From a virus (Duplodnaviria > Heunggongvirae > Uroviricota > Caudoviricetes), in IMG/VR virus record IMGVR_UViG_2721755711_000002: a DNA stretch of 64,000 bases, one strand, 5' to 3'. The translations under genes and the position numbers were made by a program. The notes under the pieces are model-generated. The model saw only the letters and a list, made by a program, of their open reading frames with translations, was not told where the DNA came from and searched no databases. This document shows positions 29,780 to 39,970 of this stretch, piece by piece (position 1 is the first letter of the stretch; each line of letters starts with the position of its first letter).

Positions 29780-31117
29780 TCACGAAAGCTGCATTGTCAC
29801 ATTGATGTTAAAAATGATTTCGACAAATCCGCGCATCGGCGTATAGGAGGCCGAAAGGCCCGCATAACGCCCGATACCGTAATCATTCGGATTCGTGTTG
29901 ATATACTGGCGGAAAGGCACTGCATCGACGACAGGCTGGCCGTTGACCAGGCCGTAAGATACGCCCGTATTGAACACCGCCTGTGCGACCTGCTGTAGAC
30001 GGTCGATCCCGTCCTGGTTGTAGTAAAGCGGGTTAATTGGGTTATTGCTGCCGTTGATCACCGTGTTGGCGAGCTGCATATCGACATTAATCTGCACCCA
30101 GTCCACGGAATACCAGTACGTCATATCGTTACCGTCACTGGTAACGCCTTTCACCAGAATCGTGTTGGAGATTCCGCCCTCAGCCCCCGTTTCGACGTAG
30201 TTAATATTCTGCTTCGTCATCGTGGCCAGAATGGAATTTTTGCCCTTGTGGGCGTTTACCGCCTGTAGATAGCGAAATGCCATCGGCGGCACCTTGTTGA
30301 TTTCTGAAGGTGATGCGGAAACATAGTTCCACATTACGGCTGCTGCCGCGTTTGTCGCCGGGTACGTATCATCCGCCGTTGCAATAACCGACTTAATACC
30401 GGCATAAGGCGAAACGTAATTCGTGTCGTCCGGCGTTTTCGTCAGCACGAAGAAATACTGCATCGCTTCGTTGGCGGTGTGGAGTTTTGCCAGACTGATA
30501 AACTCCGCGTCGCCATCCCACGTCTGCGGTACCAGATAAGCGTAAAAACGCTGGAGCGGATCTTCCATATAAGATTTCAGCGCAGCGATTTCCTTACTGA
30601 CTCCGCCTTTCTGTACTCCCAGCTCCAGCAGGTAAATCCCCACTGAATTTCCCTGGGCAAAAAACGTGTTTACTGCCGTCACCAGATTTTCACTGCCAGC
30701 AATAGAAAACTGCCCCAGCGTCACTGGAGAACCGGAAAGCTGAGAACCAGTAATAGTCCAGGTCAGTGTTTTTTCATCCGTGACGGTAGCAGTATATTCG
30801 CCATTCCACGCGTCGGGCGAACACCCGGAAACAACAATTTTCACCTCAGAACTGTTTTCGCGTCGGATGTTGCTCCCTTCCGGAAGCGTCATCGTTACGA
30901 TGACGCTTGCCGCAGATCTTCCTGCGACAGCTGCCGACAAGGCAACAATCGGATTTTTAACCAGTTCGTTAATGTCCTGATTACGGGTGAGTAATACGGG
31001 TTTTCCCGGCTCATGAGTCGTGGAACCAAACGAGAGAACCGCAGACATCTGCTGCAAATTCGAGGGAATGGCCCCGATGGTCTGGGACACATTCACCGTG
31101 ACGATATTAAATCCCAT
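29780..31117 (-). CDS. contractile tail sheath protein
   Basis: 445 aa, position before tube/chaperone/tape measure. Confidence 0.7.
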   Translation of the reverse strand: MGFNIVTVNVSQTIGAIPSNLQQMSAVLSFGSTTHEPGKPVLLTRNQDINELVKNPIVALSAAVAGRSAASVIVTMTLPEGSNIRRENSSEVKIVVSGCSPDAWNGEYTATVTDEKTLTWTITGSQLSGSPVTLGQFSIAGSENLVTAVNTFFAQGNSVGIYLLELGVQKGGVSKEIAALKSYMEDPLQRFYAYLVPQTWDGDAEFISLAKLHTANEAMQYFFVLTKTPDDTNYVSPYAGIKSVIATADDTYPATNAAAAVMWNYVSASPSEINKVPPMAFRYLQAVNAHKGKNSILATMTKQNINYVETGAEGGISNTILVKGVTSDGNDMTYWYSVDWVQINVDMQLANTVINGSNNPINPLYYNQDGIDRLQQVAQAVFNTGVSYGLVNGQPVVDAVPFRQYINTNPNDYGIGRYAGLSASYTPMRGFVEIIFNINVTMQLS

Positions 31118-32061
31118 TATTTAACCTCATATTTACAAATAACTTTTTCAATCAACTGCCGGGATATTTCCCGGGCGGTGCTCTGGTAGTAATTCACGTC
31201 AAAATCGACAATCTTTTTCTTCGCCAGAGCGTTGATTTCAACCTGTCCCGACTTTGCGTCCTGAACCACCGGAATATTGGTTACACCAAACTTTTCCTCC
31301 TCCAGCGCCCTGTTCACCACCGAGTCGACAAGATCCAGCGCCATTTTGTTGCTGAATCCGTAAAGCGTCAGGCGAACCGAATCCTGGACTAGCTGGAACC
31401 GCTCACCTCCGAAAACAACGGGAGCCACCTGCAACGGAATACTGTTGCGAACATCCACCGCGATATACGGAGGGCGAAGGTTCTGCGGTACCAGGTAAGA
31501 CGGATACACGGTCGCGGCATCTTTCATTTGCAGCCAGATCGGGATGCTGTTGGAGATGATCTGCTCGTCGCTGATATCCTCCTCGCAGTCGATAATCTGG
31601 GAACGCATGGTTGGTAAAATCGCCATGCCGCGATAATGAAAAATACCCGACTGCTGATAACGGCTCTCCATTCGTGAAAAAGCGAACTGGACGCCTCCGT
31701 ACTCACCGAGATAGATCGCATCGGGATTTTCCACATTAAAATCATCAACCTGCTGAACAGGCGTGAAAATAATGTTGTTCACATCCTTCGAGACAGACTC
31801 GTCCTGAATCGCAATAACCTGACGATGCAGGCTGCCTTTGATTTTCAGACGAGTTGGTGACTCAATATTCAGGCGACACAGTTCATCGCAACTGATGATT
31901 TCCGCATTAACCCAATAGACAAAGCCATCCAGCGGCAGAACCTGCCGGACATAGAGCCTGAACGTGATTTCCTGGTCTGACGAGATGGTTTCAACTGCGG
32001 ATTTAAGAACGGATGAGAGCTGCGAACTGTGCTGTTCGGCTAATTCCTCAAGACTCGGCAT
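31117..32061 (-). CDS. hypothetical neck/tail protein
   Basis: 314-aa ORF, ATGA-coupled to sheath gene. Confidence 0.4.
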   Translation of the reverse strand: MPSLEELAEQHSSQLSSVLKSAVETISSDQEITFRLYVRQVLPLDGFVYWVNAEIISCDELCRLNIESPTRLKIKGSLHRQVIAIQDESVSKDVNNIIFTPVQQVDDFNVENPDAIYLGEYGGVQFAFSRMESRYQQSGIFHYRGMAILPTMRSQIIDCEEDISDEQIISNSIPIWLQMKDAATVYPSYLVPQNLRPPYIAVDVRNSIPLQVAPVVFGGERFQLVQDSVRLTLYGFSNKMALDLVDSVVNRALEEEKFGVTNIPVVQDAKSGQVEINALAKKKIVDFDVNYYQSTAREISRQLIEKVICKYEVK

Positions 32062-32503
32062 TGTTATCTATCCACGCTATAAAGCTGCCCTTAAACAGGC
32101 CACCGTCTATGAATGACGGGCGCCGCTCCCCGGTATATTTGTCCTTAAGCCTGGAGTTAACGCCCAGTAGCGCGGCCTGAGTTGGCACAGGGTTTCCGTT
32201 AATCGTCATCCCGGCCATTTCTTCAGTTTCCAGAAAAATATGGAAAATCTTCCCGGTCCCTTCCAGAAAATGCTCGCCAGGTAGCGGAGCCTTATACTTG
32301 AAGTGATTGACCAACTGGTACGCCAGTTCAGTACCTGCCTCCTGGATAATCTCGTCCTTATGCATTTCCCAGAAGTGCGTAAAAATTTCGTATCGCTCCT
32401 CGAGGTCACAGGCCACGTCAAACGTGGTTTTTCCCGGTTCGTCGCCGTAGTCATACGGCTGGTCGATAACCCCAAAACAAAGTTTCATGGCGTGTAACCC
32501 CAT
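32048..32503 (-). CDS. hypothetical head-tail connector protein
   Basis: 151 aa in structural operon. Confidence 0.4.
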   Translation of the reverse strand: MGLHAMKLCFGVIDQPYDYGDEPGKTTFDVACDLEERYEIFTHFWEMHKDEIIQEAGTELAYQLVNHFKYKAPLPGEHFLEGTGKIFHIFLETEEMAGMTINGNPVPTQAALLGVNSRLKDKYTGERRPSFIDGGLFKGSFIAWIDNNAES

Positions 32504-32925
32504 ACCGTGCCCATCTGCATCAGCACCGCAACAACCTGTCGTCCATACGGATCCTGTAACATCTGCAAATCCAGCAAAGACAGATTACTCAGCGCGTCGC
32601 TGATGGTGATCGAACCCGATGTCCCCTGGTCTGCTGCCGCGCTGACAAGCCCGGTAGCCAGTTTCCCAAGGTTGAGTTTTTTTCTCAGGTCGGCAAACCA
32701 CGAGCCGGGAGCGAAATTCAGGAGAAATGAGGCGGCAGCGTTATAAACCGTTCGCACATAGATGATGGGTAAACGCTCCAGCCCCTGATCGTGAGGGATT
32801 AGCTCCATCGCAGACTGAAAGCAACATTCCAGCGTCGGATCATCGTCAGCAATAGCGTGAACCGGTACTTTCATGTCGTCACGAACAAAGCGAATAAACC
32901 CCTCCAGTGACGGACGCAGGGTCAT
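32485..32925 (-). CDS. hypothetical head-tail connector protein
   Basis: 146 aa in structural operon. Confidence 0.4.
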   Translation of the reverse strand: MTLRPSLEGFIRFVRDDMKVPVHAIADDDPTLECCFQSAMELIPHDQGLERLPIIYVRTVYNAAASFLLNFAPGSWFADLRKKLNLGKLATGLVSAAADQGTSGSITISDALSNLSLLDLQMLQDPYGRQVVAVLMQMGTVWGYTP

Positions 32926-33410
32926 TATTTTTTAACCTTAATATTTCGCTTTGTGCTGGGCGGATTTTCCTGTTCGGTGTTAACCGCTTCCCCGGTGATT
33001 TCCATTTCAATACCACCTGGTTGAGGTTTTTCGCCACTCTGAATCACTGCCTGATCCACTGCGTTATTCAGCGATACGGCGCTGGCTGCGAGAATTTCTT
33101 CTGACAGGGATTCCAGATTTTCCGTTTTCTGCTCCGCGCAATCCTCAATGCGACCAACGCTCACAGGTTTATCGATGGAATAGCAGATACCAGAAAAATT
33201 CTTGTCCACCTTGTCACAACGCTGGAATCCGTAAGGCTCATGCTGTCGGATGATGTGGTCGATAATATCGGACTGATTTTCGATCATATGCTGACGTCCG
33301 GACGGAATTGTCACACCGAACGACTGCGTTTTTTCGGGGAGTTTGTAGTTGAACGTGTGCGGCTGACGTGAGCAGTTAGCGATGTAGAGCTTCATAAATT
33401 TTTCCCACAA
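32925..33410 (-). CDS. hypothetical head completion protein
   Basis: 161 aa, acidic C-terminus; alternative start at 33395. Confidence 0.4.
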   Translation of the reverse strand: MWEKFMKLYIANCSRQPHTFNYKLPEKTQSFGVTIPSGRQHMIENQSDIIDHIIRQHEPYGFQRCDKVDKNFSGICYSIDKPVSVGRIEDCAEQKTENLESLSEEILAASAVSLNNAVDQAVIQSGEKPQPGGIEMEITGEAVNTEQENPPSTKRNIKVKK

Positions 33411-33452
33411 AAAAGGGGAGCATTTAGCTCCCCGCGTTATCAGGTTGAACGT

Positions 33453-34481
33453 TTATGCGTATTTGGCAGACAACAGGGTGATCCCCTCAGGGCGGAAGTT
33501 CCAGCCCGGCGTCGCGCGCATGGTATACAACGTGGTCAGGCCACCATCCGGCATAGGGGATGGTATTTCCGTCGGCGCTGCCATATCACAGAACATCACG
33601 TTGACGGCCTGCTGGTTAGGAACCAGCGTGGAGAAAATATTGGTGTTAATGGTATGACGCGCTTCCGGAACCTCAATCGTCGGGTTCGTAACGATGATCA
33701 GGTCATTACCACCAGCGCCTTTACCGATCAGCGTGTCGTCCTGGCAGAAAATGATGTCGTCGCCTGTCGCCTTATCGGCGACATCTTTAACCATCGTTCC
33801 CACCGTTCCGGTACCACCACCAGGACGCTGATAACTGGTCAGCTCAACAATTCCTGTCCACTCCAGCGCCTTCATGAATCGCTGTGGACTCAGAATAACA
33901 GTCGTTAATGGCTGCCCCAGCAGCAACATGCGGGTTTTCTGGTCAGCAATCAGGCCAAGCATAAATTTAGCCATCTCGCCGGAATCCCAGGTGGTGTACG
34001 AATCGTTACCTTTGCTGTCGTTGCCCAGATTCAGCGTCACTGCATTCGGGGAGTTGGTGATCCCTTCGTTATTCTTCGCTTCAACACCGTACAGCAGCAT
34101 ATTACGCAACATTTGAGCGTGTCCCTGGCGGTTAGCCAGGCGCAGGCCTTCAATCAGAGAATAGCCCCAGCGATCTGCTGCATCAGTATCGAGATAGCTG
34201 TATTGCGAGCGGGAAGAAATTCGGTAAGTCATCATCCCGTCATAGCCACCAGAGATACTGGAAGACGGTAACTGGCCCGGCAGAGACTGGCTGACCTGCG
34301 CCTGCGAGGTCATGCGCAGATATTTCTGATAGACCATCAAATCACTGGAACTGATTTTTACTGCCGGAGCACCACCAGCCAGGACTTCAAACGCCCCGGA
34401 AGCCATGCTCTGTTGCACGATCATTTCCGGCAGCACCATTGACGGCGACACAATAGTAGTCGCAGGAGTAAATGCGCTCAT
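33453..34481 (-). CDS. major capsid protein (candidate)
   Basis: 342 aa, strong expression context, downstream of scaffold-like gene. Confidence 0.55.
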   Translation of the reverse strand: MSAFTPATTIVSPSMVLPEMIVQQSMASGAFEVLAGGAPAVKISSSDLMVYQKYLRMTSQAQVSQSLPGQLPSSSISGGYDGMMTYRISSRSQYSYLDTDAADRWGYSLIEGLRLANRQGHAQMLRNMLLYGVEAKNNEGITNSPNAVTLNLGNDSKGNDSYTTWDSGEMAKFMLGLIADQKTRMLLLGQPLTTVILSPQRFMKALEWTGIVELTSYQRPGGGTGTVGTMVKDVADKATGDDIIFCQDDTLIGKGAGGNDLIIVTNPTIEVPEARHTINTNIFSTLVPNQQAVNVMFCDMAAPTEIPSPMPDGGLTTLYTMRATPGWNFRPEGITLLSAKYA

Positions 34482-34495
34482 TAATTAATATCCCC

Positions 34496-35113
34496 TTAAA
34501 TTAAAAACAGGCCGCACGGTTTGCCGATTTCCCAGACAACGTTACCGCCATCCTCTTTTTTCACCGTCAGGTTTCCGTCAACTGAAACCATCAGCAGCTT
34601 AATATCCACTTTCGGATTAGTGCCGGGTGATCCCGAATAAACATCAATCATGTTTTTCGTCAGATCCCACACAAAACCACAGGCAGCAACGGTGTTATTT
34701 CCATCAGCCAGCGCAACAACTTCTGCACTGACAGGGAGAGGAATGCGGGCACCTGAACCGACGCGGTAATAGTGAACAAAGCCACCCGCGAGATATAACG
34801 GCACCGGATTATCCGGCGTGGTAATGCCATGAAATGCCTGATTAAAGACAGTAAAGGCGTTACAGGCGTCCTTCGTGGCCTGCTTGATAACCGCCCCGTT
34901 AACGCTGTCTTTCGCGGGAGCGATGCACTCGATAACACCGACACCACCCCATACCGGTTCACTGATTTTGCTGTCCAGTCGTCCGGAGCAAAGTTGCAGA
35001 CGAATTGCCGGATCATCCTGCGCATCCCCCTGCATCAGCCCACGGGATTCGACGTTAAAAAGGCCACCAAATGCTCCACGGTTTTTAAACGGATGAAAGT
35101 TAATATCAGCCAT
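34496..35113 (-). CDS. hypothetical head protein (decoration candidate)
   Basis: 205 aa between scaffold-like gene and capsid gene. Confidence 0.4.
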   Translation of the reverse strand: MADINFHPFKNRGAFGGLFNVESRGLMQGDAQDDPAIRLQLCSGRLDSKISEPVWGGVGVIECIAPAKDSVNGAVIKQATKDACNAFTVFNQAFHGITTPDNPVPLYLAGGFVHYYRVGSGARIPLPVSAEVVALADGNNTVAACGFVWDLTKNMIDVYSGSPGTNPKVDIKLLMVSVDGNLTVKKEDGGNVVWEIGKPCGLFLI

Positions 35114-36428
35114 TGTTCAGGCTCCCTTGAGTGTTAATTTTTGCCAGACGACGCCCCGGAATTTTGAAGGCACTCAGCCAGACGTTCGGATCGCCCTGAT
35201 ATTCAGTAATGCGACGCCCGGCTTCATCGTTGCGGATACGTTTATGCAGTTGCCCCTGCGTACTCATCATTTCTTTTTCGATGGACTGACGGGCGGCACT
35301 GAAAATTGCGTCCTCAAGCACAGCCAGCGTTGCAGAATCCGCAATCGCGCGAATATTGACGTCCTTATGTGCCGGAGAGTGTTTCTGCATAGCGATTAGC
35401 GCACGCTTGCGGTAGTCCAGCGCATTTTCACCAGAAAACGGTGCTGGCGCGTTTTTACCGCAGGCACTGAATGCGGAGTCGGCTTTTGCCTGCGCTTCTG
35501 CCAGGGCAGAGTCATTGCGTTCTTTTTCTGCCTCCTCGTCAGCCTTACGCTGTTCTTCCGCTTCGGAATCAGCCTTTGCTTTCTCCTCAGCGTCTTTAGC
35601 TGCCGCCTCGTCAGCTTTGGCTTTTTCTTCCGCCTCCTTTGCCGCAGCTTCATCAGCTTTACGCTGTTCCTCTGCGGCTTCATCGGCTTTGGCCTTTTCT
35701 TCGGCCTCTTTTTTCGCCTGTTCTTCGGCATCCGCCCGCGCTTTGTCCCGCTGTTCCAGTGAGTCCATGCGCGTAACGACACCATCGATTTTCTGATTAA
35801 TGCCTTGCAGGGCATCGCTCACAACCCCCTGTAACAGGGCCTGGAGTTCTTCTTTTTCCATCTCGATTTCACCTGTGTTTGTCACTTCAACCCCTGCGGG
35901 GATCCGGTCTTTATCCCACACGCCCAGCGAGCCGTGGGCTTTCGTCACCAGGGCGATGTGATCAACCAGGAAAGGAACGCCTTCGATTAAAAAATTGGTG
36001 TCACCTTCCTGTACTTCCACATTTCCTGATGTGCTGTTGAACACCACCGACGGGCTTGTCGAAACATCCCCCTCAGTGATTTCTTCAACAATGCTCTGGA
36101 GGTAAACGCGGCACACCGCCCATACCTCATCACCCCGGATATACGGCAGCATGACGCTACCGACGATCCGCGATTTAAAGTCCTCCTCCGTCAGAACTGC
36201 GTCGTCAGGATGGTTTGCGATAACCGGAAGGCCATTGCATCGCCTTAAAAACTCCTCGTTCAGATAGAGCTTTGGATCACGCCAGACGTGCTCTTTCAGC
36301 CCGGCGCGATAGGCAAGCCCGGTTCCGGTTATTCGCAAATTCACCAGCCACATGTTGGAGAATTTCACCGGAGACGGTACGGTTCCGTCCCTGATGCGTT
36401 CTGCCACTTCAAGCTCGGTTAAACTCAC
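35106..36428 (-). CDS. head scaffold / maturation protein with EA-rich coiled-coil repeats
   Basis: 440 aa; central AEEKAKADEAA repeats (about 35480-35760) create mirror ORFs on both strands. Confidence 0.5.
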   Translation of the reverse strand: MSLTELEVAERIRDGTVPSPVKFSNMWLVNLRITGTGLAYRAGLKEHVWRDPKLYLNEEFLRRCNGLPVIANHPDDAVLTEEDFKSRIVGSVMLPYIRGDEVWAVCRVYLQSIVEEITEGDVSTSPSVVFNSTSGNVEVQEGDTNFLIEGVPFLVDHIALVTKAHGSLGVWDKDRIPAGVEVTNTGEIEMEKEELQALLQGVVSDALQGINQKIDGVVTRMDSLEQRDKARADAEEQAKKEAEEKAKADEAAEEQRKADEAAAKEAEEKAKADEAAAKDAEEKAKADSEAEEQRKADEEAEKERNDSALAEAQAKADSAFSACGKNAPAPFSGENALDYRKRALIAMQKHSPAHKDVNIRAIADSATLAVLEDAIFSAARQSIEKEMMSTQGQLHKRIRNDEAGRRITEYQGDPNVWLSAFKIPGRRLAKINTQGSLNNG

Positions 36429-37242
36429 GTTTGCCCTTCTCCGTTAAAAATTCGTCGGGTAGTTTCTGAGGGGCGTAGATCGGCAGTGCATCGCAACTGC
36501 AATAAACCTCCTCCCCAGCAGCAGTGATTTCGTCATAAAAACCATATACGGGCTTAATCAGCCCCTGCTCCAGCGCCCACGAATTGCGGAGGAGATAAAT
36601 TTTCTCGTCGCGCTCTTTGTGGTCCTGTCGGTATTTGTAGCCCGGACGCCGCCAGTTAGAATGCCAGCGCAGAGCAATCGCTCCACTCTGAACAGCCAGC
36701 AGATACTTAACGTTGCTTGCCAGCTTATGCCCCTGGTCAATTGCCACCCGGCGACTGATAAAATCCATATCCTTCACGGACTTCTGAAAACCGGACTTCA
36801 CTTCCCGGCGATCAATTTCGCTCACCCCGTCAGGCGGAATGGACGTAACCCACCCCTGAAAACGCTGTATGGTTTTCTCGATGGCCTGTTCGCGGTTGAG
36901 TTTTATCAGGTTGGCACTGGCGAAAATTCGCCTGTCGAGTTCCTTGCGAAACTCAGGTTTCAGTTTTTCAACAGTGACTTTTTTAGGGCCGTCAGGAGGC
37001 TGCTCCCGTAATGCCCCGCCGTCGATGACAAGACGGCTGTAGATGGCGGTGAGATGTTTTCTGGCTACGGTATCATCAGGGGTTTCTCGCTGAGCGGCTA
37101 CACGGAGTTTCCGGCACCATTCGAGCAATGATTTTTCGCTATCCCACCCGTGATTTACGTAGTAGTTAACGGCATCCGTCAGAACCTCATATAGCGTCCT
37201 GATCCGTTTCTTCTTCCTCACCGCCCGGCTGGAAATTGCCAT
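36409..37242 (-). CDS. head morphogenesis protein (candidate)
   Basis: about 277 aa after portal; start uncertain. Confidence 0.4.
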   Translation of the reverse strand: MAISSRAVRKKKRIRTLYEVLTDAVNYYVNHGWDSEKSLLEWCRKLRVAAQRETPDDTVARKHLTAIYSRLVIDGGALREQPPDGPKKVTVEKLKPEFRKELDRRIFASANLIKLNREQAIEKTIQRFQGWVTSIPPDGVSEIDRREVKSGFQKSVKDMDFISRRVAIDQGHKLASNVKYLLAVQSGAIALRWHSNWRRPGYKYRQDHKERDEKIYLLRNSWALEQGLIKPVYGFYDEITAAGEEVYCSCDALPIYAPQKLPDEFLTEKGKREFNRA

Positions 37243-38626
37243 CAGGCGTCTCCTGCTTCGGTGGTTCATAATTCGCCAGCGCGTCCACATCAATGATGAG
37301 TGGAGCTTCGCCATAGGTTTGCGTGGCATTAACAAGGCTTGCCAGCCATTCAGTGACGGCGGCACGGTTTTCAGGATCAACCTGTGGCGACACGGCAGAG
37401 AAAAGTGCTATCGCCTGTTGAATCACTTTACTGTCGCTTTCCCGGCGTTTGTCCGGCGACTCCTCCACCAGCTCCTGCCATGTCGCGGTAAATTCACGTC
37501 GCCACTGGTAAAACGTGGTTTTATAGTCATCAGTTATGATGTCCGGGTAATCATTTTTCAGCGACTGATAAAATTCCTCGTTCCAGGCGATGTACTGCAC
37601 CAGGCGTTCGAAATAATCCATCACAGGTTCAATCTGCTGGCGTACACCATCGATATACTGGCTGATAGCTTTCGAATCCTCAGTTCCTTCACCGAAACCA
37701 TTCGAGAAAGCCTCCTCCTTGATGAGAATCGCGGGAACATCGCTACCTGATGCAATATCGGAAATAATGTTGTCGCGGGCGGCATTTAGCGCGCCATCGA
37801 TGTTTTGTAAATTCAGCGAGGTAACGTCCTCATCCTTCCCGATACTAAGCACACCTTTATTTTTTGCCTCTTTGACATTTTCCCTTTTTCGTCCCGTGGC
37901 GGCAGCCATGATCCCGTCAAGTTTCGAACCGTTTTGCACAACTTTAGCTACCAGTACGCCCGCTTTCTGACTGACGAGATCATTCGCCTCCATCGTGTTG
38001 ATATAGGATTTCAGGGAATAAAGAACGCGCTGAAACACGCTTCGCCCGGTGAATCCGAACGATGAACTCTGAAACTCCAGATAAATCGGTGTGCCGTTGA
38101 AAATTTTCAACGTGCGTGACGGATGCCAGTCTTTTCCGCCAATCTTCAGCTTTTTATTGGCTTCCTGGAAAAACGGACTGTTTGGGTTCTGGTCAGTCAC
38201 CATCGAACCGGAAGCGTTCAACGGATCCCACGCGTTGATATACACATCCTCTTCTGTCAGTCCGAACGTCGGAAGCGGTTCACGACATGAAACACTGTCG
38301 GTGCCCACGCCGATCGCTGCGGCACCGTAGCAACGAGACAGAAAAAACAGATTTTTAATCTTCTCGTTGACTTTCATACGTTCCCATACCTCCTGAAAAC
38401 GCCGCACAACCCTCTCGTCAGGATCTGTCTCCACGTTATACTGTCGCGGCTTACACATCGCCATCAGTATGGGTTTTTCGACAAGTTTTCCGCCCAGAGG
38501 ATGGAATTGCCACAGCAGCTTACACAGTTCATAGCCGATATCGGTTCCCGGCTGAATTTCTTCAGCCTCAAGAATACGCATCAGTGCCGAACCGAGGCCG
38601 CCAGTAATCTCGATCTCTGCCATCAA
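37187..38626 (-). CDS. portal protein
   Basis: 479 aa directly downstream of large terminase; acidic C-terminus. Confidence 0.65.
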   Translation of the reverse strand: MMAEIEITGGLGSALMRILEAEEIQPGTDIGYELCKLLWQFHPLGGKLVEKPILMAMCKPRQYNVETDPDERVVRRFQEVWERMKVNEKIKNLFFLSRCYGAAAIGVGTDSVSCREPLPTFGLTEEDVYINAWDPLNASGSMVTDQNPNSPFFQEANKKLKIGGKDWHPSRTLKIFNGTPIYLEFQSSSFGFTGRSVFQRVLYSLKSYINTMEANDLVSQKAGVLVAKVVQNGSKLDGIMAAATGRKRENVKEAKNKGVLSIGKDEDVTSLNLQNIDGALNAARDNIISDIASGSDVPAILIKEEAFSNGFGEGTEDSKAISQYIDGVRQQIEPVMDYFERLVQYIAWNEEFYQSLKNDYPDIITDDYKTTFYQWRREFTATWQELVEESPDKRRESDSKVIQQAIALFSAVSPQVDPENRAAVTEWLASLVNATQTYGEAPLIIDVDALANYEPPKQETPDGNFQPGGEEEETDQDAI

Positions 38627-38641
38627 AAATATCCTGATTTT

Positions 38642-39970
38642 TTACAACGCCGCGTAATTACCGTGCGCAATGATCAATCCATAGGTGTAACAATCGAAAA
38701 GGTCATCAGCACGTTTATGCGCGTCTTTGTCTGCCAGGTGGAACCCGGCGATTTGTTTGATGAGGTGGTTTGCGGTTGTGCGCTTGAATGAAACGGTTTT
38801 GTCGTAAGCCTCGCGGGTAATTTTGCATTTACCCTGGTAATGGTGGCTGGAAGCCAGCACCGCGCGCTCGTCTTTCCCTTTGCTGGTTAACGCTGATTTA
38901 ATCGGCGTCATATCCCAGCCTTCGGTTTCCGCTTTCTGGTTGAGGATTGCGCCCATTGCGGCATCCTCCATGAATACCCCCTGACTCCCCAGGCGCGGGC
39001 GGCAGAGTTGCGCCAGCCGCTCGAGGTTGTCATAAACACCGGGGATATACTCAGGAAGCAGCGACGCTTTAATTTGCGTCACATCCCAGTCGATAACGGT
39101 CAGTTTCGGCTCATCGGAATACGTGGACTCATACGCGAAGTAAACCACGCCTGTCCCGTCGTTCTCCGTCCCGCCTTTCAGCGCCGTATCCATTACCGCA
39201 AAAATCATGTCGCAGTGTCGCGGCATCTCAACCGGCTGGCCATCCACCAGCAGCTTATCGACATCGAGTAACGCGTCTTTGGACCAGTCTACGAACTCTG
39301 CAAGATATTCCTGCTGCCAGACGCGCGGATCGGATTTCTTCTCCGTTTCCTCCAGTTCTTCTTTCGGAATATACGGATTCGATGAAGTTGGCGCATGGTG
39401 CATAACAAATCCCAGGGATTCATCGTGGCATATCGCGTAGAAAAAATTGCTCTCGTCGATACCGTTTGGTGTGGAAAATACCCACGCACAGCCGCGGTAA
39501 TCGACAAGCGTCGGGCGTATCGCTCGGGGCCAGATTTCCTCGAGCATTTCCGGCGATTTAGTGAATGCGGCCTCATCAATCAGCACAGCGTGATATTTAC
39601 GCCCACGCCCGGCCAGTTTGTTATTGTCCGTTACCCAAAAGTCGATGCGCCCCCCATTACGGAGAATGATGCGCTTTTCATTTTTTGACTGACTGAGGAT
39701 CAGCGGTTGCAGAACGGCGCTAATTTCATCCCAGATTTCCTGGTACTGGCGGTATTGCGCGGTAAAAATCCCCACCCTACCCGCGATAAGTTGCCCAGTG
39801 GTAGGAACGGCAAATTTCCGCGTAGCGAAACTGGTAGCGATGTTCACCAGCATCACCGTTTTACCCCAGCGACGACCACAGCATACCGCGTGGAAGCGTT
39901 CCTCTATTGCCGCCGTCCATGCAGCTATTTGCCCCTCATGAGGTTTTGGGAGGTAGATTTCAATCGACAT
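38642..39970 (-). CDS. terminase large subunit
   Basis: 442 aa; Walker A-like GRRWGKT near N-terminus. Confidence 0.8.
   Translation of the reverse strand: MSIEIYLPKPHEGQIAAWTAAIEERFHAVCCGRRWGKTVMLVNIATSFATRKFAVPTTGQLIAGRVGIFTAQYRQYQEIWDEISAVLQPLILSQSKNEKRIILRNGGRIDFWVTDNNKLAGRGRKYHAVLIDEAAFTKSPEMLEEIWPRAIRPTLVDYRGCAWVFSTPNGIDESNFFYAICHDESLGFVMHHAPTSSNPYIPKEELEETEKKSDPRVWQQEYLAEFVDWSKDALLDVDKLLVDGQPVEMPRHCDMIFAVMDTALKGGTENDGTGVVYFAYESTYSDEPKLTVIDWDVTQIKASLLPEYIPGVYDNLERLAQLCRPRLGSQGVFMEDAAMGAILNQKAETEGWDMTPIKSALTSKGKDERAVLASSHHYQGKCKITREAYDKTVSFKRTTANHLIKQIAGFHLADKDAHKRADDLFDCYTYGLIIAHGNYAAL

Noticed and set aside
35396-35815. Basic 139-aa minus ORF and Ala/Ser-rich plus ORF inside the scaffold gene
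   Set aside because: Artefacts of the EA-rich repeat region read in other frames.
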